Translations under genes and position numbers: made by a program
The notes under the pieces: generated by a model
The model's input: the letters and a program-made list of their open reading frames with translations, nothing else
Told to the model about the DNA's origin: nothing
Database searches by the model: none
In this document: one piece after another, positions 16,725 through 27,237 of the stretch
Numbering within the stretch: the first letter of the stretch is position 1
How the letters are laid out: every line of letters begins with the position of its first letter
Source of the DNA: Thalassobaculum sp.
GTDB lineage: Bacteria > Pseudomonadota > Alphaproteobacteria > Thalassobaculales > Thalassobaculaceae
Direction of reading: 5' to 3'
Assembly (NCBI GenBank): GCA_048983575.1
Contig: JBLZTD010000001.1
Location: 2,562,005 to 2,594,004, forward strand
Length of the DNA stretch: 32,000 nt

Positions 16725-17101
16725 GACGCGTCCCTCCCCGATGCATTGTGAAAGACATATAGCACTCCCCGGCTTCAGTGCAGTCTAAGGGCGCGATCTG
16801 TCGCGGCCGGATGGGAGATTCGCGGCAGGTCCGGAGAGGATATCGAACCGTCGCAGTAGGACCGGAGGTCCAACCGGCCTTAGCCCGGCTGGCTGGAGAC
16901 ACCGGCCGACGTCTTCTTCGGGCGCAATCGGATCATCATCGGGAATCGCAGAAGGGTCAAAGAGGCAACTCTCCGAGCCAGACGCCCGGCACACCCAAAC
17001 CAAGCCGCACACCATCAGCGAACGGGAGCCAGATCCTCCGTTAGCAACCGAAATCAACAGGCCCAATCACCCCGACGATGGACCCTTCGGCGGCCATGAG
17101 G

Positions 17102-18151
17102 TCAGCAGATACGCGGAAGCTGTTCGCCGCTGAGCATGTCGATCATCCGATCGATTCCGAGCGCTCCCCGACATCTGACCTGGCCGGCCGGCCCGTCCTG
17201 CACCCTTCCGATGACGACGGAGTCCCGCGAGACATCAAACCGGCGCAGCTCGTCCAAAGCGTGGTCCGCGTCATTCGGAGCGACAAAGGCGATGAAGCGT
17301 GCCTCGTTCGCAACATGCAGCGGGTCGAGGCCGAGCAGCTCACACGCCGCGGATACCTGGGAACTGACCGGGACAAGGGCCTCATCGATGGCCATAGCCA
17401 GCTTTGCCGTTTCGGCGATCTCGACCAGGGCGCTCGCCAGCCCGCCCCGGGTCAGGTCGCGCAGGCAATGGAGTCCGATCCCCGCTTCGACCATCGCCGA
17501 TACGGGGGCGTTGACCGCGGCACAGTCGCTTTCGATTGCCGGCTCGAACCCGAAGCCTTCCCGGGCCGCCATGACCGCCATCCCGTGCCGGCCGATATCG
17601 CCGCTGAGAATGATCGCGTCGCCGTCGCGCACGGCCTCCGGGCCGATCCGGCCCTCGGTGATGACCCGGCCAATCCCCGACGTGTTTACGAACATGCCGT
17701 CCGCCTTGCCGCGATCGACCACCTTGGTGTCGCCGGTCACCAGCCGGACCCCGGCGGCTCTCGCCGCATCGCGCATGGAGACCGCAACCCGGCGCAGGGT
17801 TTCGAGCGGCAAGCCTTCCTCCAGGATCAGGCCGACGCTCAGATACAGCGGGCGGGCGCCGCACATGGCGAGATCGTTGACCGTCCCGTTGACCGCGAGC
17901 GTCCCGATGTCCCCGCCGGGAAAGAACAGCGGCTCCACCACATAGCTGTCGGTCGTGAACGCGAGCGGTCCGTCGAGATCGAGTGTGGCGCCGTCGTGGC
18001 GCCGGCCCAATTCGGGATCGTCGAAGATCGGCAGCAGGATCGAGTCGAGCAGATGCGCCATGCGTCGGCCGCCGCCGCCATGGGCGAGCTGGACCGTATC
18101 GGTCGTGTTGACCGGTAGGGGACACACCACGCCGCCGCTTCCGTCGCCCAT
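17102..18151 (-). CDS. hypE: Hydrogenase maturation protein HypE
   Basis: ORF 17102..18157 (TTG). I prefer the ATG at 18151, which lies 2 nt after the hypD stop. It has an AIR-synthase-like fold sequence and the diagnostic C-terminal PRIC. Confidence 0.92.
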   Translation of the reverse strand: MGDGSGGVVCPLPVNTTDTVQLAHGGGGRRMAHLLDSILLPIFDDPELGRRHDGATLDLDGPLAFTTDSYVVEPLFFPGGDIGTLAVNGTVNDLAMCGARPLYLSVGLILEEGLPLETLRRVAVSMRDAARAAGVRLVTGDTKVVDRGKADGMFVNTSGIGRVITEGRIGPEAVRDGDAIILSGDIGRHGMAVMAAREGFGFEPAIESDCAAVNAPVSAMVEAGIGLHCLRDLTRGGLASALVEIAETAKLAMAIDEALVPVSSQVSAACELLGLDPLHVANEARFIAFVAPNDADHALDELRRFDVSRDSVVIGRVQDGPAGQVRCRGALGIDRMIDMLSGEQLPRIC

Positions 18152-18153
18152 CG

Positions 18154-19260
18154 TCAAGATAAGGCCGCCCGCATGTCGGCCCGGCGGTACCGATGATAGG
18201 CGGCGCAGGCACCCTCGGACGACACCATGGTCACGCCGAGCGGATGCTCCGGTGTGCAGCGGGTCCCGAAAGCCGGGCAGTCGGTGGGTTTGCTGTCACC
18301 GCGCAACACCGCTCCGCTGATGCAGTCACCGTCCGGGGCATTGTCGGTCAGGACCGCGCCGAACCGGTTCTCGGCGTCCAGTTCTGCATAGGCGTCGGCG
18401 AGGCCCAATCCGCTCTCGGGGATGTCACCCAGCCCGCGCCACGAACGCGGCACGACGCGGAACACCTGGCGCATGATCTCCAGCGCGGCCGGGTTGCCGT
18501 CGGCGCGCACTGCCCGGGCGTATTGGTTCTCGACCACGCTTTGCCCCGACTCCAACTGCCGCAGACAGAGATAGATGCCTTCGAGAATGTCGAGAGGCTC
18601 GAACCCGGTCACCACGATCGGTACCTGGTAGCGGCGGGCGATCGGCTCGTACTCGCGGGTTCCCATGATGGTGCAGACATGACCGGCTGCCAGGAATCCG
18701 TCGATCCGTCTGCCGGGTCCGTCGAGCACGGCTCGCAGCGCCGGGGGGACGAGCACATGCGATGTCAGCATGGAGAAGTTGGCCAGACCGGCGCGCCGGG
18801 CCCGGTAGGCCGCCATGGCGTTGGCCGGCGCCGTCGTCTCGAAGCCGACCGCAAAGAAAACGACCTCCCGATCGGGATGGGTCGCCGCCAGGTCGACCGC
18901 GTCGAGCGGCGAGTACACGGCGCGGACATCGGCCCCCCGGGACTTGGCCGCGAACAGGTCGTCGCGGCTTCCGGGTACGCGCAGCATGTCACCGAACGAG
19001 CACAGGATGACATTCGGGAGCCCGGCGATCTCGATCGCCTTGTCGACGAATTCGACCGGCGTCACGCAGACCGGGCAGCCGGGTCCGTGAATCAGCTCGA
19101 GCCCGTCCGGCAGCAACCCGTCGATCCCGAAGCGCAGGATCGCATGGGTCTGGCCGCCGCAGACTTCCATGATCGTCCAGGGGCGGGTCGCCGTCCGGGC
19201 GATCGCCTCGGCCAGAGTGCGGGCGGCGCCGGCATCGCGATACTCGTCGCGGAACTTCAT
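18154..19260 (-). CDS. hypD: Hydrogenase maturation protein HypD
   Basis: Starts at MKFRDEY (ATG 19260) inside ORF 18154..19611. Motifs are [10 protein letters not shown] and [10 protein letters not shown]. It overlaps the hypC stop by 4 nt. Confidence 0.92.
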   Translation of the reverse strand: MKFRDEYRDAGAARTLAEAIARTATRPWTIMEVCGGQTHAILRFGIDGLLPDGLELIHGPGCPVCVTPVEFVDKAIEIAGLPNVILCSFGDMLRVPGSRDDLFAAKSRGADVRAVYSPLDAVDLAATHPDREVVFFAVGFETTAPANAMAAYRARRAGLANFSMLTSHVLVPPALRAVLDGPGRRIDGFLAAGHVCTIMGTREYEPIARRYQVPIVVTGFEPLDILEGIYLCLRQLESGQSVVENQYARAVRADGNPAALEIMRQVFRVVPRSWRGLGDIPESGLGLADAYAELDAENRFGAVLTDNAPDGDCISGAVLRGDSKPTDCPAFGTRCTPEHPLGVTMVSSEGACAAYHRYRRADMRAALS

Positions 19261-19511
19261 GACGTCCTCGCTTCGCCGCGTACCAGGTCGTCGATCTCGC
19301 GCAGGTGCTCGAACATCCGCATCGCCTCCGCCTCGTCGATCACCGAGATCGCGAAACCGACATGGACCAGCACGTGGTCGCCGACCGTCGCCTCGGGCAC
19401 GTAGGCCAGGTTGATCGTCTTGGTGACGCCGCCGAAATCGACGCGCCCCGTGCGCATCAGCGGGTCGTCCCCCTCGATGTCGAGGATCCGGCCGGGGACG
19501 GCTAGACACAT
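19257..19511 (-). CDS. hypC: Hydrogenase maturation chaperone HypC
   Basis: 84-aa reading from MCLAVPGRI (N-terminal Cys2 motif) inside ORF 19257..20210. It overlaps the hypF stop by 10 nt. Confidence 0.9.
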   Translation of the reverse strand: MCLAVPGRILDIEGDDPLMRTGRVDFGGVTKTINLAYVPEATVGDHVLVHVGFAISVIDEAEAMRMFEHLREIDDLVRGEARTS

Positions 19512-21826
19512 GACCGCTCCTCCCGCGTTTCCATCCAGGTTGCCCAGGCCGCCTGTCCCACCGCCAGACCGCCGTCGTTGGGCGGAAGTTCCCGGTGCCA
19601 GAGCGGCGCAAATCCAGCGGACTGGAGCGCGTCGACGGCGGTCTCCGTCAGCCGCACGTTCTGGAAGCATCCTCCGGTCAACACGACCTTCGGCTCTCCG
19701 ATGCGCCGGGCGACCGTCACGACCGATCCGGCCAGACCGTGATGCAGGGCGGCGGCGATCTCGGCGACCGGGCGTCCGCACCGGAGATCGGCGACGATCA
19801 GGTCGAGGGCCGGGTGCCAGTCGATTTCGAGCCCCGGCGCGCCGTCGGTGTCCCTCACCGGGAACGGATAGGCGGCGGAGAAGGGCAAAGATCCTGCCGC
19901 TGCTTCCAGGGCGGTGGCTGCCTGACCCTCGTGTCCCGACCGCAGACCGAGGCCGCACAGGGCCGCGATCCCGTCGAACAGTCGGCCGACACTGGAGGTG
20001 AGGGGGGCGTTGAAGCCACGGGCGATCGCTCTGCCGATCACCGCCCGCTCGATCGGATCGAAGTCCGCGACGGGGAGCAGATCGTCCATCGTCAGCCAGC
20101 CATCCCCATAAGCCGCCTGGAGCAGCCCGATGGCGGACCGGCGTGGTTCGCGGATGGCCGCATCGCCTCCGGGAAGGCGGAACGGTCGGAGCCGGGCGAC
20201 GCGCTGCCATCCGGTCCGGTCGAGCCGCAACGCTTCCCCGCCCCAGACGGTGCCGTCCGGCCCATATCCCGAGCCGTCCCAGGCGAAGCCCAGAGCGGGC
20301 GGCGCGGACCCATGTTCCGCCAGACAGGCGGCGATGTGGGCCACGTGATGCTGGACGACGGTGACCGGCAGGCCGCTCCTCTCCGCCGCAGTACTCGACG
20401 GATAGTCGGGGTGCGGGTCGCGGACGGCCAACCTTGGCGCGACGGCGTGCAGTCGGGATATGTCCGCCACAGCGTCCCCGTGCGCCCGCCGACCGTCGGC
20501 GGTCTCGAGATCGCCGATATGCGGGCTGCAGAGGATGCCGTCCGTCGTTGTCAGGGCCACCGTGGTCTTCAGATGGCCGCCATAGGCCAGGATGCCGCCC
20601 GCAGGATGCTTCAGCGGTGCCGCGAGCAGACCATACCCGCGCCCGCGTCGCAGAACCTGCAGACCGTCGCAGACCACCTGCACCACGGAATCCTCGATGG
20701 GCCGGACGATCGGGCGGTTGTGGGTGAGAAACAGGTCGGCGACCCCCGACAACCGCTTGAGAGCGGCGGCATCGTCGCGGACAATGGGCTCACCGCCTCG
20801 GTTGCCGCTGGTCGCGACCAGCGGGAAACCCAGGTCCTGCAGCAGAAGATGATGCAGCGGCGAATATGGCAGCAGGGCGCCGAGACGCGGATTGCCCGGC
20901 GCCACGGAAGGCGCCAGCGCCGCTCCGGCTTTCGGCAGCAGCAGGATCGGGCGTGCCGGGCTGGTCAACGCCGCCTCGGCGAGGGCATCCAGACGGCAGT
21001 GCCGACCCACCGTCGCGAGGTCTGGGAACAACACGGCGAACGGCTTCGTTTCACGATCCTTTCCGTCGCGCAGTCGCCGGACGGCCCAGTCGTTCCGCGC
21101 GTCCGTCATGAGGTGAAAGCCGCCAACACCCTTCACCGCGACGATCTGTCCGTGCCGCAACGCCGCCGCGGCTTCCCGCAGCGCATCGTCTCCCCGAGGC
21201 CGCATGTCGCCGGATGACGCGAGCAGCGACAGTTCGGGGCCGCAGGCCGCGCATGCGGTCGGTTCGGCATGAAAACGCCGGCTGCCGGGATCTCCGTACT
21301 CCGCCGAGCAGGCCGGGCAGAGGGCGAACGCCCGCATGGCGGTCCGCGCCCGGTCGTACGGGAGGTCTTCGATGATGCTGTAGCGAGGACCGCAGTCGGT
21401 ACAGTTGATGAAGGGATAGCGATGGCGTCGGTCCGCGGGGTCGGCCATTTCCGCGAGGCATGTGGGGCAGGGGGCCAGATCGGCGAGAACGTGTGCGGCG
21501 CGGTCGCGGCCCGCCATGCTCCGGTGGATCTCGAAATCGGCCGCGTCTTCCAGCGCGACGGCTTCGGCCGTTATCTCGATGATCCGGGCGTTGGCGGGGG
21601 GACGGTGCCGGAGGGCCTGTTCAAACGCTGTCAGTTCCGCCGTATCGCCTTCGGCTTCGATCAGCACGGCGTCAGACTCGTTGCGTACCCAGCCGGTGAG
21701 GCCCCGTTCCGTCGCCATGCGCCAGACGAAGGGCCGGAAGCCGACCCCCTGGACCACCCCGCGGATGCGCAACCGCCACCGCTCGCGGCTGGGGCGACAA
21801 ACGGCCTGGGAGGCGATCGGCGTCAT
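19502..21826 (-). CDS. hypF: Carbamoyltransferase HypF
   Basis: 774-aa ORF. It has an acylphosphatase-like N-terminus ([17 protein letters not shown]), two CxxC...CxxC zinc fingers (CPTCLAEM...CTDCGPRYS; CPACSAEY...CAACGPELS), and YrdC- and Kae1-like regions. Confidence 0.92.
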   Translation of the reverse strand: MTPIASQAVCRPSRERWRLRIRGVVQGVGFRPFVWRMATERGLTGWVRNESDAVLIEAEGDTAELTAFEQALRHRPPANARIIEITAEAVALEDAADFEIHRSMAGRDRAAHVLADLAPCPTCLAEMADPADRRHRYPFINCTDCGPRYSIIEDLPYDRARTAMRAFALCPACSAEYGDPGSRRFHAEPTACAACGPELSLLASSGDMRPRGDDALREAAAALRHGQIVAVKGVGGFHLMTDARNDWAVRRLRDGKDRETKPFAVLFPDLATVGRHCRLDALAEAALTSPARPILLLPKAGAALAPSVAPGNPRLGALLPYSPLHHLLLQDLGFPLVATSGNRGGEPIVRDDAAALKRLSGVADLFLTHNRPIVRPIEDSVVQVVCDGLQVLRRGRGYGLLAAPLKHPAGGILAYGGHLKTTVALTTTDGILCSPHIGDLETADGRRAHGDAVADISRLHAVAPRLAVRDPHPDYPSSTAAERSGLPVTVVQHHVAHIAACLAEHGSAPPALGFAWDGSGYGPDGTVWGGEALRLDRTGWQRVARLRPFRLPGGDAAIREPRRSAIGLLQAAYGDGWLTMDDLLPVADFDPIERAVIGRAIARGFNAPLTSSVGRLFDGIAALCGLGLRSGHEGQAATALEAAAGSLPFSAAYPFPVRDTDGAPGLEIDWHPALDLIVADLRCGRPVAEIAAALHHGLAGSVVTVARRIGEPKVVLTGGCFQNVRLTETAVDALQSAGFAPLWHRELPPNDGGLAVGQAAWATWMETREERSCV

Positions 21827-21831
21827 CGTCG

Positions 21832-22095
21832 TCAGGTCTCCACCTCGACGCTCTCGATCACGACATCCTGCGCGTTCGCATGGTGGATGTCGTCCGAGAG
21901 CGTGATGTCGAGGGCAGCCCCCTCGGCGATGGTACCGGCCGCCGCTTCCCGAAAGTGCTCGACGAAGTGGGTTTCGGACATGTGACTGAGCGCACCGAGC
22001 CAGACCTTGACGCCGACCACGCGGCTGGCGTTCTCGGCACTGGCAAGGCGCTCGATCTGGGCCATCATGGCTGCGATCAGAGAAGCCTCATGCAC
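21832..22095 (-). CDS. hypA: HypA-like nickel metallochaperone, short form lacking the CxxC-CxxC zinc domain
   Basis: 87-aa ORF with a GTG start. The N-terminal MHE nickel-binding motif is present (MHEASLI...). There are no cysteines anywhere in the protein. It sits between the endopeptidase gene and hypF. Confidence 0.7.
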   Translation of the reverse strand: MHEASLIAAMMAQIERLASAENASRVVGVKVWLGALSHMSETHFVEHFREAAAGTIAEGAALDITLSDDIHHANAQDVVIESVEVET

Positions 22096-22583
22096 GGCGC
22101 GCGTCCTCCGTCTCCGATGCGGCCAACACCTCCCGCCGTATGCGGTCGCAAACCTCGCCGACGGCGGCGGTCACAGGCGGCGAGACCGGCCGGCCTGCGT
22201 CGAAGGACTGGCCGTCGATGGCGTAGACGACGCAACGCGACGGCAGCCGGCCGAGGACCCGGCCCAGCTCGATCGCCTCGGCCAGACCGAACCCGTGACT
22301 TGACAGGGTGAACGCATCCTGCGGTAGCGGCGCGGCGGCGACGTCGAAGCGATGCACCGTGCCGGCGGGAGCCGTCGAGGCGCAGGCATCCACGAGCCAG
22401 GCGGCCGACGCGTCTTCCAGGTGGCTCAGCAGCGACGTTGCTTCGCCGCCGTGCTCGACGACCTGGACATGCAAGGGCAGCGTGCCGAGGAGTTGCCGGG
22501 CGACCGCCCGTCCCGGCGCCGTCGTCGCCGCGATCGGGATTGCCGATACCGATGACGCGTAACACGGATGTCGCAGCGGCCAT
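22088..22583 (-). pseudogene. [NiFe]-hydrogenase maturation endopeptidase (HoxW/HycI-like), one frame disruption
   Basis: The N-terminus LRVIGIGNPDRGDDGAG lies in the frame of ORF 22077..22592. The continuation RAVARQLLGTLPLHVQVVEHGGEATSLL... lies in the frame of ORF 22088..22474. The jump is at about 22511 (gccggg-a-cgggcg). The 496-nt span minus 1 nt gives 165 codons. Confidence 0.75.
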
Positions 22584-22588
22584 GCTCC

Positions 22589-23881
22589 TCACCCCCGGTC
22601 CATGTCGAGCTTGAGGAAATGCGTCGCGCAGGAGATGCAGGGATCGTAGTTCCGCACCGTCTGCTCGCAGCGGTGGCGCAAAGCCTCGTCCGGGAGATCC
22701 AGAAATCCGCCGACGAAGCTCGCAAGATCCTCCTCGATGGTCGCCTGGTTCTGCGAGGTGGGCGGCACGATCTGGGCCTCGGCGATGGCGCCGTCCTCCT
22801 CCAGGCGGTAGCGGTGATAGAGCAGGCCGCGCGGCGCTTCGGTCGCCGCGAACCCGGTTCCGGCCCTCGGCTCGATCTCGATGGCGGGGCGGTCCGGTTG
22901 CTCGTACGCGTCGATGATCCGAAGCGCCTCCTCGCAGGCCTGCAGGATCTCGATCGCCCGAACGACGATGCTGCGGTACGGGTTGCGGCAGGTTTCGGCC
23001 AAGCCGGCCTCTCTGGCGGCGGCTTGTGCCGGCGCCGACAGCCGGTCGAAGTTCAGGCTGTAGCGCGCCAGCGGACCGACCAGATAGGCGGAGCCGTCGT
23101 CCCGCATTCGCGCGTGCAAAGCCGTCGACCGCTCCACATGCAGCTCCTCGAAATGGGCGTCATAGTCATTCGCCTCGATGTCGAGGCCTCGGTTGGAGAC
23201 GATCCGCCCCTCGTTGAACGGGTATTCGTCGTCGTGGCGAAGGGCGACGAAGTCGTAGTCGCGCTCCCGGTCGGGGAAGTTGAACCCGGCGACCCAGCGC
23301 ACCGTCTCCAACGCCGCATCGCGCGCGGATTTCATGCGGTCGGCCAGAGCGGCGAGATCCCGCCGCCGGGGCGCCTTGTAGAAGCCGCCGACACGGACGT
23401 TGATCGGGTGGATCTCGCGTCCGCCGATCAGCGACAGAATCTCGTTCCCGGCCTTCTTCAGATCCAGGCCCCGGCGGACGATATCGCCATGGTCCTTCGC
23501 CATGTCGACCGCTCCGTCGTAGCCGAGGAAGTCGGGCGCGTGGAGCATGTAGACATGGAGTGCGTGGCTCTCGATCCATTCGCCGCAGTACAGCAGCCGG
23601 CGCAGCTCCCGGATCGGACCGTCGACGGTGACGCCGAGTGCGTTCTCCATCGCGTGTACCGCGCTCATCTGATAGGCGACCGGGCAGATGCCGCAGATCC
23701 GGGCGGTGATGTCGGGCGCCTCGGTGAAGGCCCGGCCGCGCAGGAACGCCTCGAAGAAGCGTGGCGGCTCGAAGATGTTGAGTTCCGTCGATTGGACCTG
23801 CCCGTCGCGCACCACAACCTTGAACGCGCCTTCACCTTCCACCCGAGCGAGGTAGTCGACCTTGATCGTCTTACGGGCCAT
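22589..23881 (-). CDS. [NiFe]-hydrogenase large (alpha) subunit, group 3b-like
   Basis: 430-aa ORF. Motifs are RVEGEG, the N-terminal [10 protein letters not shown] and the C-terminal DPCISCATH followed by a short cleavable tail (FLKLDMDRG). Its small size and AsrA/AsrB-like partner subunits fit the group 3b (sulfhydrogenase/NADP-coupled) type. Confidence 0.92.
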   Translation of the reverse strand: MARKTIKVDYLARVEGEGAFKVVVRDGQVQSTELNIFEPPRFFEAFLRGRAFTEAPDITARICGICPVAYQMSAVHAMENALGVTVDGPIRELRRLLYCGEWIESHALHVYMLHAPDFLGYDGAVDMAKDHGDIVRRGLDLKKAGNEILSLIGGREIHPINVRVGGFYKAPRRRDLAALADRMKSARDAALETVRWVAGFNFPDRERDYDFVALRHDDEYPFNEGRIVSNRGLDIEANDYDAHFEELHVERSTALHARMRDDGSAYLVGPLARYSLNFDRLSAPAQAAAREAGLAETCRNPYRSIVVRAIEILQACEEALRIIDAYEQPDRPAIEIEPRAGTGFAATEAPRGLLYHRYRLEEDGAIAEAQIVPPTSQNQATIEEDLASFVGGFLDLPDEALRHRCEQTVRNYDPCISCATHFLKLDMDRG

Positions 23882-24654
23882 GGCGCTCGCTCTCGTCGCT
23901 GAAGTCGGGGGCCCCCGCGTTGAAGGTCCGGTAGAACCGTTGAAGCGCCGGGGCCTCCATGCCGAGATCCGTCAACGCCTCGCTCAGCGCCGGTGCATTC
24001 GCTGAATTCCTTCGGTCCGTAGCAGCCGTAGCAGCCGCGGTCGTAGGCCGGGCAGATGGCGCCGCAGCCGGCATGGGTCACCGGACCCAGGCACGGTGTG
24101 CCGTGCGCCACCATCACGCAGACATGGCCCGCGAGCTTGCATTCCAGGCACACGGCGTGAGCCGGCGTGACCGGGCGACGGCCCGCCAGATAGGCGGTGA
24201 TGACTTCCAGCAGCTGATACTTCGAGATGGGGCAGCCACGCAGTTCGAAATCGACCGGGATATGTGCCGCGATGGGGGTCGAGGTCGCCAGCGTCTCGAT
24301 GTAGTCCGGCCGGGCGTAGACGACCGATGTGTACTCCTCGACATCGGCGAAATTGCGCAATGCCTGGATGCCGCCCGCCGTCGCGCAGGCGCCGATGGTG
24401 ATGAGCGTGCGGGAGCGGCGCCGTACCTCTTGGATCCGCTCGGCATCGTGCGCCGTGGTGATCGACCCTTCGACCAGCGAGACGTCATACCGTCCCGTCG
24501 CGGCCGCGCGCTTGGCTTCGGGAAAATACGCGATGTCGATGGCACCGGCGATCGCGAGCAACTCGTCCTCGCAATCGAGAACGCTCAATTGGCAGCCGTC
24601 GCAGGAAGCGAACTTCCAGACGGCCAGGCGCGGCTTGCGGGCTGTGCGCGCCAT
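23871..24654 (-). pseudogene. [NiFe]-hydrogenase small (delta) subunit, one frame disruption near the C-terminus
   Basis: Starts at [24 protein letters not shown] (ATG 24654) inside ORF 23665..24753. After ...[11 protein letters not shown] the sequence continues as [32 protein letters not shown]...HGP in the frame of ORF 23871..24074. The jump is at about 24003. The stop overlaps the large-subunit start by 11 nt. Confidence 0.8.
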
Positions 24655-24655
24655 T

Positions 24656-25516
24656 TCAGAGTTCCTTGCGGCCGAGCATGGCGCGGATCCGGTCAAAGCT
24701 GAAGACCGGGCCGTCGCGGCAGACGACGACCGTTCCGAACTGGCAATGCCCACATAGGCCGATCGCGCATTTCATGTTGCGCTCCATCGAGAGGAAAATG
24801 GCCTTTTCGTCGAGCCCCGCGTTCCGCAGAGCGTTGACCGCGAACCGCATCATCACTTCCGGGCCGCAGATAAACGCTGTCGTCCGTGACGGGTCGGGTG
24901 TGGCGCGGGCCAGCAGCGTCGTCACCACGCCCACATGCCCGTCCCAGGTCTTCGTCGCGTGGTCCACGGTCACCTGGACGTCCAGATCCAGCCGGCGGCG
25001 CCACGACTGCAGCTCCCGATGGAACAGGATGTCGTCGGGGCTGCGCGTTCCGTAAATCAGCGTGAGCGTGCCATAGCGGTGGCGTTCGGCCAACAGTCGG
25101 TAGAGTGCGGGTCGCAGCGGCGCGAGACCGAGGCCGCCGGCGATCAGGAGAATGTCGCGACCGGTGATTTCCTCGACAGGCCAACCGGTGCCGAACGGCC
25201 CCCGGATTCCGACCGGGGCGCCCGGACGCAGATCGGCCAACGCGGCGGAGACCGGTCCGACCGCGCGGACCGTATGGAGCAGACGCCCGCCGTCGGCCGG
25301 GTCACCGCTGACGCTGATCGGCACTTCGCCGACGCCGAAGACGGTCAGCATGTTGAATTGACCGGGGGCGAACGGCGCGATGCCGCCGTCCTCCGTCCGC
25401 AGGTCGAGAGTCCATACCCCAGGCCCGTCGCGCCGCCGGCGCCGAACGCGCGCGATCAGCGGGAGCATCGGGTCGCGGACCTGTCCGCTCGCGTCAGTCG
25501 GAAGCGCCATAGACAT
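24656..25516 (-). CDS. Hydrogenase gamma subunit: FAD/NAD(P)-binding ferredoxin-reductase-type protein with C-terminal 2Fe-2S motif (AsrB/PyrK-like)
   Basis: 286-aa ORF. It has a flavin/NAD-binding layout ([14 protein letters not shown]) and a C-terminal Cys cluster, [10 protein letters not shown]...CRDGPVF. The start could be 25516 or 25510. Confidence 0.85.
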   Translation of the reverse strand: MSMALPTDASGQVRDPMLPLIARVRRRRRDGPGVWTLDLRTEDGGIAPFAPGQFNMLTVFGVGEVPISVSGDPADGGRLLHTVRAVGPVSAALADLRPGAPVGIRGPFGTGWPVEEITGRDILLIAGGLGLAPLRPALYRLLAERHRYGTLTLIYGTRSPDDILFHRELQSWRRRLDLDVQVTVDHATKTWDGHVGVVTTLLARATPDPSRTTAFICGPEVMMRFAVNALRNAGLDEKAIFLSMERNMKCAIGLCGHCQFGTVVVCRDGPVFSFDRIRAMLGRKEL

Positions 25517-25955
25517 CCATGATCTGCATGCGGGTCGCCTGCAGTCGGTCGACGAGGATCGGCAGGAAGCGTTTCATCATGTCGTATCCGAGGGCGGGAT
25601 CGTCATCGCACTTGCCGCGCAGACAGGTCGCGTCCATGGCGATGGCCCGGACGAGGTCGAGCGCGCGGGCGTCGTACGCCCAGCGGTACGGTGGAATGAG
25701 CCAGGAGACGCCGACGATCTCGCCCTCGCTCACGGTCTGGAAGGTGAGGGGGCCGCGGCCCGGCATTTCGACCTCCAGCGCAACGCGACCGTGCCTCAAC
25801 AGATAAAACTGATTTGCGTCCCCGCCTTCCTGGAACAGGTACTGCCCGGGGTCGAACCGGACGTTCCTCGCGCAGCCCGACACGATCTGGCAGTACCCGG
25901 CGTCGAGCCCGGCAAAGAACGGATGCTCGCTGACGAACCGTTCCAACCCTTCCAT
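25494..25955 (-). CDS. Stand-alone cyclic-nucleotide-binding-domain protein (no DNA-binding domain) encoded within the hydrogenase operon
   Basis: Starts at [14 protein letters not shown] (ATG 25955, SD GGAGG 8 nt upstream) inside ORF 25494..26165. It has the cNMP-binding beta-barrel signature ([31 protein letters not shown]). It is 153 aa, and its 3' end overlaps the gamma-subunit start by 17-23 nt. Confidence 0.8.
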   Translation of the reverse strand: MEGLERFVSEHPFFAGLDAGYCQIVSGCARNVRFDPGQYLFQEGGDANQFYLLRHGRVALEVEMPGRGPLTFQTVSEGEIVGVSWLIPPYRWAYDARALDLVRAIAMDATCLRGKCDDDPALGYDMMKRFLPILVDRLQATRMQIMDVYGASD

Positions 25956-25986
25956 CTCGTGCCTCCGTCCCGGCGCAGTTCGGCGC

Positions 25987-27108
<1,122 letters not shown>

Positions 27109-27237
27109 GATCGCTGTCCCCCTATGGGTTCTATCGTCCGCTTTGGTCGCGCTGCCCGCATCTCAGGTTAGCGCCATCGCCCCCCGTTACGATAGTGCGG
27201 CGAAAGCGCGGCCCGTGTTCGTGAAGCCCGGTCGTCG

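Noticed and set aside
16838-16849. ggatatcgaacc (reverse complement GGTTCGATATCC) resembling a tRNA T-loop in the hypE/crp gap
   Set aside because: The flanking bases do not form a T-stem (GAGGA versus CCGTC are not complementary). No acceptor stem or anticodon arm can be drawn, so this is not a tRNA or tRNA fragment I can support.
27162-27176. TGGCGC-N5-TGAGA on the minus strand upstream of the hydrogenase operon, considered as a sigma-54 -24/-12 promoter
   Set aside because: The -12 element lacks the GC dinucleotide (TGAGA, not TTGC[AT]), and no enhancer-binding protein gene is nearby.
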